From Dimorphilus gyrociliatus (lineage: Eukaryota; Animalia; Annelida), in NCBI GenBank assembly GCA_904063045.1, contig CAJFCJ010000019.1, forward strand, positions 2,610,684-2,674,683: 64,000 bases of DNA, given 5' to 3'. The notes below the pieces were generated by a model. That model was not told the DNA's origin. It did not search any database and was given only the letters and a program-made list of their open reading frames with translations. Shown here piece by piece: positions 1 through 13,930 of the stretch; within the stretch, counting starts at the first letter, position 1; every line of letters starts with the position of its first letter. Both the position numbers and the translations under genes were made by a program.

Positions 1-1040
1 AAAAAAACATAAAATTTTTAGCCTTTTCTTTTGCTATAGTCTTTAAGGCTCAAAGGAGAAATAGAAAGAGGTTGTTCGTTTTTTTTCTCTCTCCTCTCTT
101 CTTTTTTTTTTCATAATTCATTTTGTAAATGAATCTACGGCCTTCTGAAATCAGGATACTCTCTGTATATAGTCTTTTCATTAAGTTTTCTTTAACTTCG
201 TCGAAAGCCGGCGTAGATTAATCACAGATATACTGCTGGAATTTTAGATTTTCTAAGAAATACATCAATCCTATCCAACTTCTTATACCAGGATGATGAA
301 TTTGCTAGGGATCAACGTATTTTTAATTTTTCCCTAACCTCAAATATGATGATAAAACAAAAATTCGTCTACAGAACTTTAGACAGACATGAAATAATCA
401 AATTATATAAATTAATATTAATTAGGTGTATTCATAACGTTTTCAATATTTTATATGTCAGAATTATTCCAATTTTAAGAGTTATTAAGTCATATTTATT
501 CTTTAACTACAAGATATAATAACATAATTTTTGCCAATTATACTATCAGATAGCCATCATTTAGATTCATCACGATTCAACCGTAACGCCATCTACCTTA
601 CAATTTACCCTAGAATTTCTGGTTCTATAGTTTACGTTTCAGTTTAAGCTGAGTAAACCTATCTATTGCAAACAAATTTTATAGTTGTTATTTAAAATGT
701 ACGAGTTTACAATATAAAATGTATAAACCTTTCTCGCTGATTTCATTTAGTCTTTTCCAGCTTTCGTTTTAACTGTAATACGAGAAAAGTTCAAAAGGAA
801 TAAAGTATAAAATTACAGAAATGAAGCTAAATGAAAAAAGAAAGAAGTATATATAATGTCTATATAAGAATGCACGCAACTACATGAGAAAAATGATAAT
901 TCAGCGTTCTATTAATAATCTATTATCGCATATTTCTATTAGATTACCAAGCTAAATAGTGATAACTACCCTATTTAAAAGTTTAATACAAATTTACTTG
1001 CCCATTCTATGGTGAATAAAAAAAATACAACCGCCATTAG

Positions 1041-1199
1041 TGGCTCTATATCTTTCATGAGGAAACAACTTGAATGGCTATTGAAACAAATCAATATTAA
1101 TCAAGGCGAAGGGTATTTCACAAAAAAGAAATTAGCTTGTTTCTACTGTGTTAGTTAGAGCTGAAGATAGAAAGAATCAGGGAAAGAACGAAAGGAAGA

Positions 1200-1233
<34 letters not shown>

Positions 1234-1753
1234 TCGAATTTGAAGTAATCAATGACTGCTGTTAAGAAAATGAGTAATTTTTTCAATGGTTTAGATAATC
1301 TTTATCAGTTTAACCAGTTTATTTTAGTAAAGTAGAATAATTTCTTAAGAAAATATTTAAAAGACAAGGAACTTGATTTAATGAAAATAAAGAGAAATCC
1401 ATTGATCGCAGGCCAACCAAGCTTTTCTTCCCTAATCAAATTAGCCTTGGTATGCGTTTGTAGCTCTTTTAAACATTATATTAAGGACTAATTAATAAGG
1501 TTTTGCCCCCTTCCCCTTAGCACCTAGCAACGTATTGGTTTCATGGACATCGAGGAAAGAAACACAAAGGAGGAAAATAATGAATCTCTTTAAATTATAT
1601 TCCATTTCTATGGTGTTATTTTTATCTTCCAATAAAAAATTCTTCAATAATTTTCTCCCAAGAGTTTTTTCTTTCATTTCGACAATAGAAGTGTCATTGG
1701 ACGAGAAGAAAGTCAATATAAAAGGTACTTTAAGAGATGAATTGGGTAGCTAA
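1041..1753 (+). CDS. Possible 3' exons of an unidentified gene (about 1041-1104, 1411-1450, 1521-1753)
   Basis: AG/GT-flanked segments join in phase (..RKQLEWLLKQININQGEG|PTKLFFPNQISL|APSNVLVSWTSRK..GS*). No family recognised, and an antisense ORF also exists here. Confidence 0.25.
1202..1233. repeat. (GA)n microsatellite
   Basis: Direct GA dinucleotide run. A similar run lies at ~29075-29102. Confidence 0.95.
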
Positions 1754-2638
1754 GTTGAACTTTGTAGTTACTCCTTATTTGAATATTTTAGTTTATCAAA
1801 TCTAAAAATTTTTTGTTGGTTCCTTTCCTCATCGGCGCTCCAGTTTTCTTTTTTCTTTTTATACAAATTTTCCAACGGAAATTTAATTACACTGACGACG
1901 TAGGAGGCCACTTTTTTTACTCCTCCCACTAGGAGTACACTTTAAAAAGGGCTTTTTTTTTCTCTTTTTGATAAAAGTAATTATCAATCAATTATTGTAG
2001 TCTAATAAAAAAAAACAGTTGATCAATGAAACTACTATAAAATTCTGTAGATATTGTTAATGGATGATTGTAGTTTATTAGCGTTTGAAGATTAGTAGCT
2101 AATATTCTACTAATAAACTTTAAAAGTATACTGTAAAATATATGGGTCTTTACATTGAACGAATCTTTTGCACGGTCGAAAACAATAAGTCATAATGGAT
2201 GTAAAAGTTTCTGTTGGTAAAGTACAGGCTATTAAATTAGCTTCAAACAAACCCGTAATATGAAACGTTTATTCATGGCTTTTTTATTATGGTTTATTAT
2301 CGGTTTTTAACCAAAAATAACTCCAGTTTGCAATATGAGAAAGGTAAAGAAAAGAGAAATATATATATATATATTAAAGATAATGAAGGAAAAAAAATAA
2401 TTAAGTAAAGAAGAAATATATTTCAAATAAAATAAATGGTAAGAAAACAACAGATAGCACCAAATTACTTCAATGAATTAAGCATTTTTTGCATAAAAGG
2501 TTGAGGAAAAGATTTAATTAGCTAGCTACCTCAGGTAAAAAAAAACTAATAAAAAAACAAAACATGCAGTATTTTTTATTTTTTATAATGCATGTAGTTT
2601 GTTTTTCTTATGCAGGTTTACAACGAAAGATGGCGCAT

Positions 2639-5600
2639 CTAAGTTATTTCTTCACTATGTCTTATTTCAGTTTTTAACTTTACTATTTCCTGAGCCACTT
2701 CGTCGCTAGTTCTCTGTGCTAGAATTCGTAAAATTGTCCAACCGGTATCGTTTAGTGATATTCTTCTACCTAGGGAACACCACAGAGCGCAGGAGCCTTG
2801 TTCAACTATATCTTTTAATTGTAAAACACCAACTCCAATAATCCGATCTTCCCTTGCAAAACAATAGTCTTTTACAGTAATCTGCAGTTCGTACGATTCT
2901 AAATCCTCTTCATTACCGACGACGCTTTATAAATATGTAACGTTAATTAGGCCTATTAAACATTGAAGAGAAATAGATAGACTTACAAGTGAAATTTTTC
3001 ATCAAATTTAGGTGTCCAACAATTTGCTTTACTCTTTGTAGCTACCTTACGCCTTTTGTTCGATAGAAAAGGCCCAATTAGGTTAATCTGAACGAAAGGT
3101 TTAAACACACCGGATGATCTCCACTTCAGACCGTTAGCTGCAACAACTTTAATGGCTACCTTCCTTTCCCCCGTTCCTGGATGTGTTAGAAGGTCGATAT
3201 GGATAGAAATTTCACCCATTAATTCCTCTTCCTCTTCTTCTTCGCGTATTAAAACCTGATTGGCCTGAGTAGCAACGAAAGTTTTCAATAACGCGTCGGT
3301 AGTTTGGGAGTACAGGCTGAGAGCGTATTTTAAAGACTTCAATTCTGGGGATTTTTCCAGAAAGGTCTTCTTAAGACCTTGTCCATTCGCGTGAAAGTAA
3401 TCCTTTACAGTTTTCAGAGCCATTTCTACAACGGAACACTGCTTCGGGGATAAGGTATTTTGGAAGTCAGCCGCCAATTCCTGAGAAGATAAGGAAAAAT
3501 TATCGCTATTAGAGGTGCTATGTGTTTCAATTAACCTGAATAATGGATATAGACATTCTGGACGCCTGTTGAGTGACATTGCGTATAATAGAGCGAGAGA
3601 CATCTTCTAATTTTGTTTGAGCGTTTGACGGGGTGGGGAAATTCTGTAAAATTGATCGACAAGCTTAATAACTTGATGTTTAAATAATAAATGGTGTTTA
3701 AAGATGAGAGCTTGTTCAGCTAATTACCTGCTTAGGCTCTGAGACGGGTGGGAGAACGATTGTTTTCTCTAGCGAGAATACAACAATCCTCCATAACTCT
3801 TTCAATATCCTCTTGAACACAGTCTTTTCACAAAGATCAGTAAAAGCCGATAAGTAAGAGTCCAGCACTTCTATCAAGGGTCTGAGTACAACATCTACTT
3901 CATGTTGAGCTTGCGTACGCATGGCCTTTAATCCTTTAACTTTTTCCAGTTCTATTCCAACCTCCCTTATCGACTTTTCAACAGCCCCTTGCATTGTTCT
4001 GGTAAATTTAACAGCTAGTTCGTCAATAACACCATTCAGATATTGCTGCAAATTAGTCAGGGAAGCCTTAACGCTGTCATCCAAATTAACGCCGCCCATT
4101 AAGCCAAATAACTTTTCTAATTGTATTCTCAATTGCTGTATGTTATTGATTAATGTACAAGCAACCCTCTGCTGATTGGCAAAATGGTCAAAATCAGCTT
4201 TAAGAGATTGAGTATATCCTAATAGAACTTTGCAAACGGTTTGGGAAAATTTTCGCATATATCTCGCTTCGACTTGGGGATGAGGGCAATCCAGTTTGTT
4301 GATTACGCTAAAGCACTGATTAAGCTGAGTGAATATATCCGTTACAGAACAGGAAAAGAGAACAATATCCGATGTTTTTTGAAATCCCTCTGTCTTATCT
4401 CTTCGATACGCCGCTCTGACTACACCAGTGGAATTTTCTTCACTCTCATCTAACCATTTAAGAACGAAAGGTTCGAACCACAAGGGGTAGTCCAATACAG
4501 TTTTAGACTGATTATTTGGATCTACATATACTGAAAAAAGTCCTTTAACCTTAAAGTGCAAGTTCATGTAGTCGCTAGATTTGCAGGGTTGATTCTCCAT
4601 CACGTGCTGCTCGAGGGCAAATTTGACATCCTGCGAGAATAGTTGCCAAATCGCGTTGGCCGATACTTGACCTACGTTTAATTCATGTGGGAACTGACAA
4701 ACGGCTTTTGAGTAAACCTGTCTATCTTCTTCGATAACTGCTACTATCAAAGATATTAATTTGTTCCAGAAGAATAAAGTTTTGCCGCTTGGGCCGTTTT
4801 TGCTGTCGTCATCATCCTCTACGCTCTCCGACCTCTCTCGATGATACAAATCAAAGCAATTATCGAAAAGGAATTGATATGTAGACTTTGCGCAAGCTTT
4901 GACACATTCTGTAACTACTACGGATGCTCTGTCAGCAAGAGCTATACGCTGGACTTTAAGACGGAAGAATGAGATGGAAGTTAAGAGATCCACTATAGAC
5001 TTCAAATCTGCTAGCCTCGCACGGTCGGATGCAGGAAACGTATTCCGATAAACTGATAAGTCAATTCGGACGGAGTTGTGTAATTGATCTAAAAGCTTTA
5101 TGAACTTTTCTTTACCAAAATTAGAAGCGGCAAAACGATCGGAAACCGAATTGTGTACGTAAAAAGAGTTAATTTGGGCCAAGAGCGTCGAGAGAACTGC
5201 TGGAACGCCCGTCGACGTGTACTTGGTCGATAAGCAACTGAAGTGGGTCATAGCTTGATAAATCGATTCGATTCCGTATCTCATAGAAAATTCGTCTATA
5301 ACCTCTTGAGCAGGTTCCTCAAAGTATATTTTCCAAGCACCATCACCTTTCGCTTTAGGTAAACGAACGACACCAGAGTTAAGTTCATTCAGGTAATGGA
5401 AGAGATTCTGATGAAGGCACGTGTATTGGACGTGATATGGAGCCGCGTTCTCTTCGCCTTTTATCGCAACGCTCAACTGTAAACGAATCGATCCGGATAC
5501 AGCCGACTTATCCGTCCGTTTTTCTGTGGAAAATAAAATTTCATCATTCTTTCATTCATCGTAAATTGCCTGGATCTATTTCATTTATATCCCTAAAATG

Positions 5601-8600
5601 AAAAACTACCTAAATTATACCAGACATCCATTTCACCCGATAAAGTCCTAACGTCCACTATAGTCTGACCCAGAAAATCATCCGATTCCCTTGTTAATTT
5701 CTGCCTCAATTTCGATTTTAAATCATTATCTTCATCCCTAAATGATAACCTTAATTGTATATTTATCGTTAAACGTGTAAATAAGATTAATTAAATTACC
5801 ATACTCGTATCTTGATACGGTCTGAGGAGTTATGGCATTCGCTAAAGTATTAAATAAAAAAAGAAGACGTGAGAAACATCGTTAACAGTATTTTCTGTTT
5901 TTTTCCTTGTAAAGAGAATTAAATTAGGTAAATAAGGAAAGAGAGTAGAGGCAAATTAGGAAAATACATAAAGGCTGAAAAAACTAACAAGTAAAACTTC
6001 TCGTTCCAGATCGGATTTAAATTTTGAGCAACAGTCCTTGTTCTCTTCCTTATCTTACCAACTTGAACCGTTACATAGGGGTCGCTTGTTCCCGTTTTGT
6101 CCTTGCCAATTAGCCCTTGAGCGCTAATTACTATAAAACAGGAAAAAAAATAAGGAAATGTTTATAAATCTAATGGAGAGAAAATTATAATCGAGTTTTT
6201 TAAAAATTACCTGTGATAGTAATTTTAGCAGACCACTTTGAAGTTCCGTCTAGTACATTTTGCTTGATAGCTTTCATGTGGCCGACATGAATTTTTTCAT
6301 CCATACCAAACAATTTGCTGTATATACAAATCGAAACGATCAACGATCATTGATCAACTATATAATATACTCAATAGAAAAGAAACTAAAGAAGAAAGGA
6401 AGAAAGAATTCTATTCTAAATTTCTATACCGCATCAATTCAAATATTTCCGGATTGTTGCGTTCCCTTTCGTCCATACGCTCTTTCATTGCAGTAATCAG
6501 ATTCTGGGTCCGATCTTCACAGCCGTGCTTCGAGCTCTTTTGGGCCGCTCTTTGGAGGCAATCGGCGTTAAGAAGGTCTTTACATCGTTCGTGACATTTG
6601 ACGTTACATTCGCTACAACGCAACCCTTGCCTAGCCAAACCCCAAAGCAAACCACCGCATTCGAAGCAAAAGGTCGGAGAAGTAGCTGTCCAAATGTGGA
6701 AGTTATGCGGGGTACTAGATGAAATCGGATAGATTAACGCTTGAAGCGTCTTTTTGTAGACGTGAGATTTCTGTATATACAAGTATTCATTACAGTGTAA
6801 ATATGTATTCCAAAAGGTACAAGGTAACAGCGCGTGCTCCTTTGTCATCTTTGATACATTATTGAATGTTTACAAGCGCGTTCTTGTACTGATGAGACAC
6901 TGACGTTAATCGCGTTTTGTAAAGAGTTAAAAACTACTCAAAGTCTACTTTCGTTTCGTAAACATCACGAAATGAGTTTTTGTAAACAATCGACATTTAT
7001 ATTTCATAACGCTTAGATATAAAGGAAAAAGAGAGTAAACACATAGATTGGTACTACTACCATCCGTTAGGGAATGGGCGTAATGTGAGTAGAATAATGT
7101 AAATGCGACAGAAAATAATATACGAAAAAAGTCCAATGTGTAATTTTTTCTCGCCTCCTAAATGTTTAATCGATTTCCGGCTGAGGTGTCGACAAAAATC
7201 AAAATAGGTTGCTAAGCGAGGCGCGCGTTTAGAGAAAAAGGCGGAAATATATTCTAGTCGACCTATTCGTATAATCGATATGAAAAGAGAACGACCAAAT
7301 TCCCTGTAGTCGCTCCGACTTAATTCGTCGAATTGGCTCCCGGTACATAAATCGGAGTGGTGGAAGAAAATTATACATGCAGATAACCGCTACTCGTGCT
7401 GTCGCATACCACAAAATATTTTCATCACTCTTAACCCCCAAAAACCCTTCGCTATCCTTTTATTTTCCCTCCCGTTTCCCTATTATTTTACCACTCACCA
7501 GTTCCTCATCGAATAAAGATGCCCTGGCGGCGAACGTCGAACGCAAATTCGAATTACGTTTCGCAGCAAGCATTGTCTGCAAAGGATGTTTTAGTGAACA
7601 TATAGCAATCATAATACATAATTTATAGTACCCTCTATCTATTCGGAAGGTAGTGTGTTTCATAAAATAATGTCCTTATGTATATAATAATAATTCCTCT
7701 AAGTTAGTATATTTACTTTATTCGTATTTTTACACAACGGCATTACATATATATAGAAAAGCAATTCCTTTAATTCTTTATAATTATCAACCCAAAAAAT
7801 TGTTCTTATATATGCAAATGAAATATGTGCATATGCGCATATATGAATATTTATAGTTATTAATTGGCTTAGCATAAATGCTTGTTGCAAGAATAAATTT
7901 TCTTGCACGTAATCTAATAATTTATATAAAAATGTATACTCTTCTATCCCTTTATGAAACAGATCGTGCAATAAATATGAGGAAATTGTGAAAGGAAAAA
8001 TCGATAATCTTATATATAGGCTAACATACATATTTGGGTATAAATTTATAAATACATACCGTATATTTCATTAAAAAATAGATGTAGACACTATACTCTC
8101 TATTAAAATTACCTATTTATGGACTATCTTTCCTGATATCGAACTTATTGCGATCGTGTATAATTCGTTTATAGCTATCCTATACTCCTTTATATCGGTA
8201 GTGTACATTCTGTATGCATATATGATAGGTTTACTAAATATATAAAGAAAGTCTGTAATTATATATATATATACACGTATATTCTAGTATATACTTTTCC
8301 CATCCCGAGGAAAATATATACTAATACATTGTATATGTGGATATATATATAAACAGCATATCTATACAAACAAATACATATAAACAATATGTTTATATAG
8401 ATATATTAATTTTTTTTTTCTGTCTATGAAACACGACTAAATGCACTTGCAAAAGCTGATACATACAGTACGTACTCTTCGTTTAGAGAGAAGTTCTTAT
8501 TTTAATATCGAAAATGTATAGTGTACACATCATAATGGTATATTCTAGGGTTTATACTCATTTTCTTATATATATATACATATACAGTATATGGCATAGG

Positions 8601-9734
8601 TATGCGCATATATCCAGTATATATATATGTATAAACAAGACAGAGGAAATTAAATAGAAAGAAAGATATACATATATTTATGTTTGTACTGTATATACTT
8701 TTATATATATATTTAAACTGTTGGATGGAAAATAAGGGAAATATATATTTATGATATTAATATCATAATATACTATATTTAATGTATATGTGATAGATAT
8801 TTATATATATAAATGTAAAATTATGTTTATATAAAAGTATATACTTGACTAATTTGTTTGGTTTAGATAAATCGGGCTTTAGTTCGGAAACAAATCAGAG
8901 ATTGAAAAAATCAATGGAAATGAACATGCGAAAAATCTATAAAACGTATAAAATTTCAATCTATCTAAATAGATATACCTGTATAACCTGGAAAATTGTA
9001 CCGAAAAATTCTCATTTAGATGGTGTACTATATACTATATAGGCTCTAATAAAGATGAAACGAACCAGATCGGTGACCAGCGGAGCGGATTTTCTTGGTC
9101 TAATCTCGGGCATACTGTCAATCGAGGTGTAAAAGGGATTATGATCAGGTAAGGATCCATTGGAATCTTTCAGTGAATTTTCTCCCACTTTCTGCCGGAA
9201 AAGAAAGACATACAGATTAACGAAGAATTGAGGCAATAAAAGAAAACCGCCTCAGCAAATTGCCTGCAATCAATATAGAGAACAGGACGTGTGTCAGAGA
9301 TAATTTCAAAGAAATTGGGAGCTCACTTTTAATTTTTTTATGTTATTCTTCCAGCGACCAAATTTACCGGAATCACTAGACGTTTTCGGTGACTTGGGAA
9401 TTTCCTCTTCAGCATCCTCTCTGATAGGTGATAACGGACGGGTTGCACCGATGACAGACTCTTCCTCTTCCGTTAATTCTGTACTAGCATAAGACGGAGG
9501 AGGAGCAGCAAATGCAGGGTTATTCATTGGAAAACTCTCGTCCGTAGAAGTTGGTGTTGTCGATGTTACTGACGCCTCAAGACGTTCGTCAGCTAAAGGA
9601 ACGTAGACGAGAGACGCTTCCGGAGTGATTGGATGCTCAATGACGTCAGTACGGCGCTGTCTCGTGCGTTTGGCGTTGACGAGCATAAAAAAGGCCGGCA
9701 TTCCCGGACACATTAGGCCGCTCGCATTACCCAT
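2639..9734 (-). CDS. unc-13: Unc-13/Munc13 vesicle-priming protein (CaM-binding region, C1, C2B, MUN, C2C), multi-exon
   Basis: Exons include 9327-9734, 9066-9191 ([18 protein letters not shown]), 7499-7576, 6430-6770 ([22 protein letters not shown] plus C1 [20 protein letters not shown]), 6211-6317 ([13 protein letters not shown]), C2B exons ~5610-6130 ([26 protein letters not shown]), the large MUN exon ~3728-5523, exons at ~2984-3644, and last exon 2639-2924 ([10 protein letters not shown], stop TAG). All have GT-AG borders in phase. Confidence 0.97.
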
Positions 9735-10455
9735 TTTTAGACGGCACACATATTGTCGCTTCCTTCGTTTGAGAATGTCGGACTAGAAGCGATAGGCGGC
9801 GTTCAGGGCGCGTTCCGATCCGACGTCATCGAGGCACGTTTCATGATAAATATATAAGAGAAAGCGTACAGAGTCATTGATTCCTACCTGTCGTTCATCG
9901 ATCGTTTTCTCTTCACCCCTTATCTCTCCCAATTACTGGTCGATAGGTCAAGGGTTTTTAGTAAATTACTTCTCATGGCCACAAAATAACTTGATTTCAG
10001 TGGAGTAACTTTTCACCTATTTATTTATTTATGTTTCACTTAATAACACAAAATTTTCACCTATAATCGCATTTCCTTATATGATAAATAATCAAGGAAA
10101 GTATAATAGGAGAAAAATGAAAAGAATTACGATTAATCGACTGCCTTAAGGAATAAATAAAAGCGAAATAAGATTTCAATTTCACTGCCATCTGTCGGTT
10201 GGCAGAAGGTTTGTTTTGTTTTTTTATTCTAAATGTAAAGAAACGTTGTATCAGATAATTATTCAATTATAAATAACGGTAAATATTTATATATGTATAT
10301 ATAAATTTATACATATATACATATACATATAGTATATACATTTATATATATATATTTATATATATATATGTATATACTATGTATTTAGGCATGCCCCAAA
10401 AAGTTAAAAAATGCAGGTTGTCGATGAGGATTGCAGTAGGTTTTGTAGATTTTTT

Positions 10456-11049
10456 CTAAGATGGCGCTGCAGTTAAAGGAAGAGGAGAAGTCCACCATTC
10501 ATATCGGGGTCCCCTGGCATTCCTAATAGCTTGTTGTCGAACATAGGCTGTCAATTCATTGGCAGATAACCTGGATGCTCTTTCCGCTTTAAATTTTGTA
10601 GAACCGAACTTTGTACGAGCGAACATTGCCGCGGTCATTGGCTGGCCGATATTCGGGGCAGCATCAACTGGCTTAAGCAAAGCAGGATTGTTTTGCTGAC
10701 TAAATTGTAGAGGCTCACTATAGACGACTGAAACGGAACTACCTTGGAATTGATAAGATACTTCGCCAGGATCCACCCAGATGCTGAGATCAATTGGAAG
10801 ACAGGCGAGTAATTCGGTTAAATCCAGACCTGATACAGTAGCTGCTGATACTATAGCGGGATCGTTGTTAACTTTCAAGCAACGAAATGCAGAACCTTTG
10901 AAAGGTCTATCAGGATACCATTGAGAGGAAAATTTAGACAGCAGGTGACGCGCTAGTTCTTCACCAAACATGTCCACTCTCCTCCTTGGTAGTTTATTAA
11001 ATAAATATGACATAACCAATTCAACGGCAGCACGAATTTCGTTGTGCAT
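10456..11049 (-). CDS. tob: BTG/Tob antiproliferative protein (Tob type), single coding exon
   Basis: BTG box A/B (LPRRRVDMFGEEL..WYPDRPFKGSAFRC; WVDPGEVSY) and Tob-type C-terminal motif PMTAAMFARTKFGSTKFK. The ATG at 11049 is the likely start. Confidence 0.93.
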   Translation of the reverse strand: MHNEIRAAVELVMSYLFNKLPRRRVDMFGEELARHLLSKFSSQWYPDRPFKGSAFRCLKVNNDPAIVSAATVSGLDLTELLACLPIDLSIWVDPGEVSYQFQGSSVSVVYSEPLQFSQQNNPALLKPVDAAPNIGQPMTAAMFARTKFGSTKFKAERASRLSANELTAYVRQQAIRNARGPRYEWWTSPLPLTAAPS

Positions 11050-11285
11050 TTCCTGTTCAAAACAATTCAATTTGTAACTCTCTTGAGATACAGTTCATTC
11101 ACTTACAAAATAAAAAGAATATTCTCATTGATTGATATATAAATCTCCATATAACCACGAAAATAAGAAATAAACAAACACTAAACTTACCTAGTTTGTT
11201 AATTGCTAATACTTCGTCCAAAATAAAATAACGACGTTTCCTAACGTTTTATATGAAATATCTGTTAAGCGATTACAAACCCGAG

Positions 11286-11293
11286 CTTTTATA
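11286..11293 (-). promoter_or_regulatory. TATA box of Tob (TATAAAAG); CCAAT nearby and a CRE (TGACGTCA) at 11730-11737
   Basis: Canonical motifs upstream of a 5' non-coding exon (donor GTAAGT ~11190) that splices toward the Tob ATG. Confidence 0.5.
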
Positions 11294-12499
11294 TGAAAAA
11301 AATAGACCGCGCGAACGTCAAACTCCGTTTTACTACGCCAATGCGCACTCTTTTACTGACATAGAAAAATCACCTAATTAACAATTAATATTAATTAATA
11401 TTTAGATATTTTTAAAATAGTATTCACACTATTTTATATGCAACGTTAAAAGTAGAATTTTAGAATATTTTAATTCCCTTTTAAGACTTATTATTAAGAA
11501 CTCATTTGTTTTGCGAATTGCGGTAAACCGTCCTCTAAGGTCAATACACGAGCAGAGATAGTCTTTAAAAATATTTCTGTAAATCTTTTTTTAGGTGATT
11601 GTTCGCTGTTATAAATTTATCAAACTTAAACCCTAGAAACACAGTTTATTTTACTGAAATTATTAAGTCTAGATAAAAAAGAACGTCGATATCTAGAACA
11701 CCGGAAGTAAGAGACGTCAGCTGGAGTTATGACGTCAGTGCCATTCATAAATAGAAGCTTTTCTTAGGCCTACACATGTAGGCGATTGTAGATTATTTAC
11801 CGCGTTATTTTTAGGAGATTGTTTGCCTAGTTTTTGACCAGTTTATTTTTCGCGTAATTTTGTGTTGAACGTTCTTTAATTGTTCTTCGGTTGAAAAGTT
11901 CATAGATTCTGAAAATAGAAAATTGTACCATATGTTCCAAGATGAGGAACGAGATTGAATAATAACAATACAGGCTTATACTTTGAAATATTGAAAACAT
12001 GGAACAAGAACTTAAAAAACGAACAGATGTCATATTTTTGAAAAATATTCGATAAAGGTGTGTCGGATGAAGCATCTGTATGTGTTTATCGTTGATAAAA
12101 GTGCATTTTTTTCCGAAATGTAGTTAAGTAAAACATCTGCCATTTTTAAATTGTAAATGTATTTCATACACTTTACATAGTTTTATATACATAAATATAA
12201 AGCATATAGTAGTATATAGATACTGTATATATATATATATATATCAAATTAACAACATGCATAGCAGAGCATTCACCTGAAAGCTTCATTTAGCGTATAC
12301 ATTATGTATACAAGGATATATAGCATAAATAATTATTATTTGTATAAACTCGTGTCTAGTTTTCAACAGTTTAAAAAAGCTAACAAAAAATAAAAAATAA
12401 GGAGGGAGGAAGGGTTAGAAAAAGAGAGTTAGGCTCATTCAGGCCTACGGGAAAAAAGCAAACAAAGCTAATTTATGCAACGCATCGGATGGTCCTCTT

Positions 12500-13093
12500 T
12501 TACGAATTTTGCCACGTAATAGGATTTCGGTGGCGAGAGGCGGGGGCGGATCTGCACCTCCTGCCAGGATATGTAGCACTATCGTATTGGAAATCTTTGG
12601 GAGGAACATGGGTGGCCTTATAAGTGGTTATTGGCGATGAATTGACCGTTTGACTTTTTCTATAAAGCTGTGCTCGTTGGATGCTACACTTCTCCGAATT
12701 CCATTCTGAAAAAATGTATAGGCTTAGATTATTATTACAGACTATTTTACTTTTGGAATAACTACCAGGATGAATACAAAAATAGGGTCGTTTAGCTGAA
12801 CCTATAGTTCTAAAAACCGGAACATCTACATTTGCTCGATTGTTTGAACTTAGTGATCTGGATAGTTGCGATGGTTTTCCAGCTGGTGGTATTCTCCTTG
12901 CTTCTTCAGCCGTTAGAGGGCGCCTATCGTTCGTTTTTTGACGTCGACGTCCTCTGATCGAAGTTAACAAAAATCGATAAGAATAATTTTCATTACTACA
13001 TTAGCAATAAATAAACAAATTGAGTATGCAGTAAACTATCAATTAAACTCACCTCGTAGGACTACTTTTGGCATTAACTGCCACATTCTCCAT
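12500..13093 (-). CDS. Uncharacterised small basic protein, 3 exons (13053-13093, 12766-12953, 12500-12705)
   Basis: In-phase GT-AG introns. Removing the in-frame 60-nt intron gives the motif KRPYFCIHPEWNSE. The protein is Arg/Pro/Ser-rich. No family assigned. Confidence 0.7.
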
Positions 13094-13930
13094 TTTCTGT
13101 ATATATGCGAATCAATGCAAGCAATTTTGCAAATCTAAACAGACTATGAGAAATCTTCTAGTCCTTATTGCAGATTATTTTCCAGTTATATTCATGGATA
13201 CTTTCCTGTTATGAATCGATTTTGAAAATAGCCGTTAAAAGGGTTATTTTCCGAGAATATTTTCGGGATAATCCTATCATTCAGAAAAAAAATACATGTA
13301 TAGTGTAGGAGACGTTACGTCTACAGATGGCGTCTCGGAACTGAAAAGTTATTGATTTCCTTTACAGCGTCAAATGAATATGTAAACGCGGCATTATTTC
13401 ACGTTATTCGAAACGAGAGTTCATATAGATTCTCTCAATAGATTCTAAATATGGGCGGATTGTTCTTTTTATGTAAGAGGCTTATAATAGTAAAGTGTGA
13501 ATGAAATGAATGAAATTATCATGACAATTCGTTACCGTATAAATTCTTTTTAACTACATCCCCTGGCTTTATACTGTATATTATTTGAGATAGTATTGCC
13601 ATCTACTGTTAAATTGACTATTAATAACCGTAAAACACTGCTAATTGGTAGGTGAAGACGAGAAGGTTTTTTGTGAGACGTAATTACTAAAGCGAATATA
13701 CACATATAACTATATGTATTTATAGAAGGCAACAGTTTTTTTTTTGTTCAAAGAACTCGAACATTCGTTAGTCAAGTTGGCTATTCTTATTACCTATACA
13801 GACTACCAAAATAAATAATTTATCCCAAAAAGAAAGCTTATACAATGCAGTAAATCGCCCCATTTTCATCATGCATAGCTAAAAAGGAAAATACAAATAT
13901 AGAAGACGGAAAAGAGTAAAAATAAAGACG

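Noticed and set aside
3500-3603. N-terminus [18 protein letters not shown] of ORF 2983-3603
   Set aside because: Wrong frame. The Unc-13-like frame is [17 protein letters not shown], followed by a 53-nt intron before ELAADFQ.
11880-12050. Coding-looking + strand frame (ILKIENCTICSKMRNEIEY..)
   Set aside because: No start or linked exons found and no family recognised.
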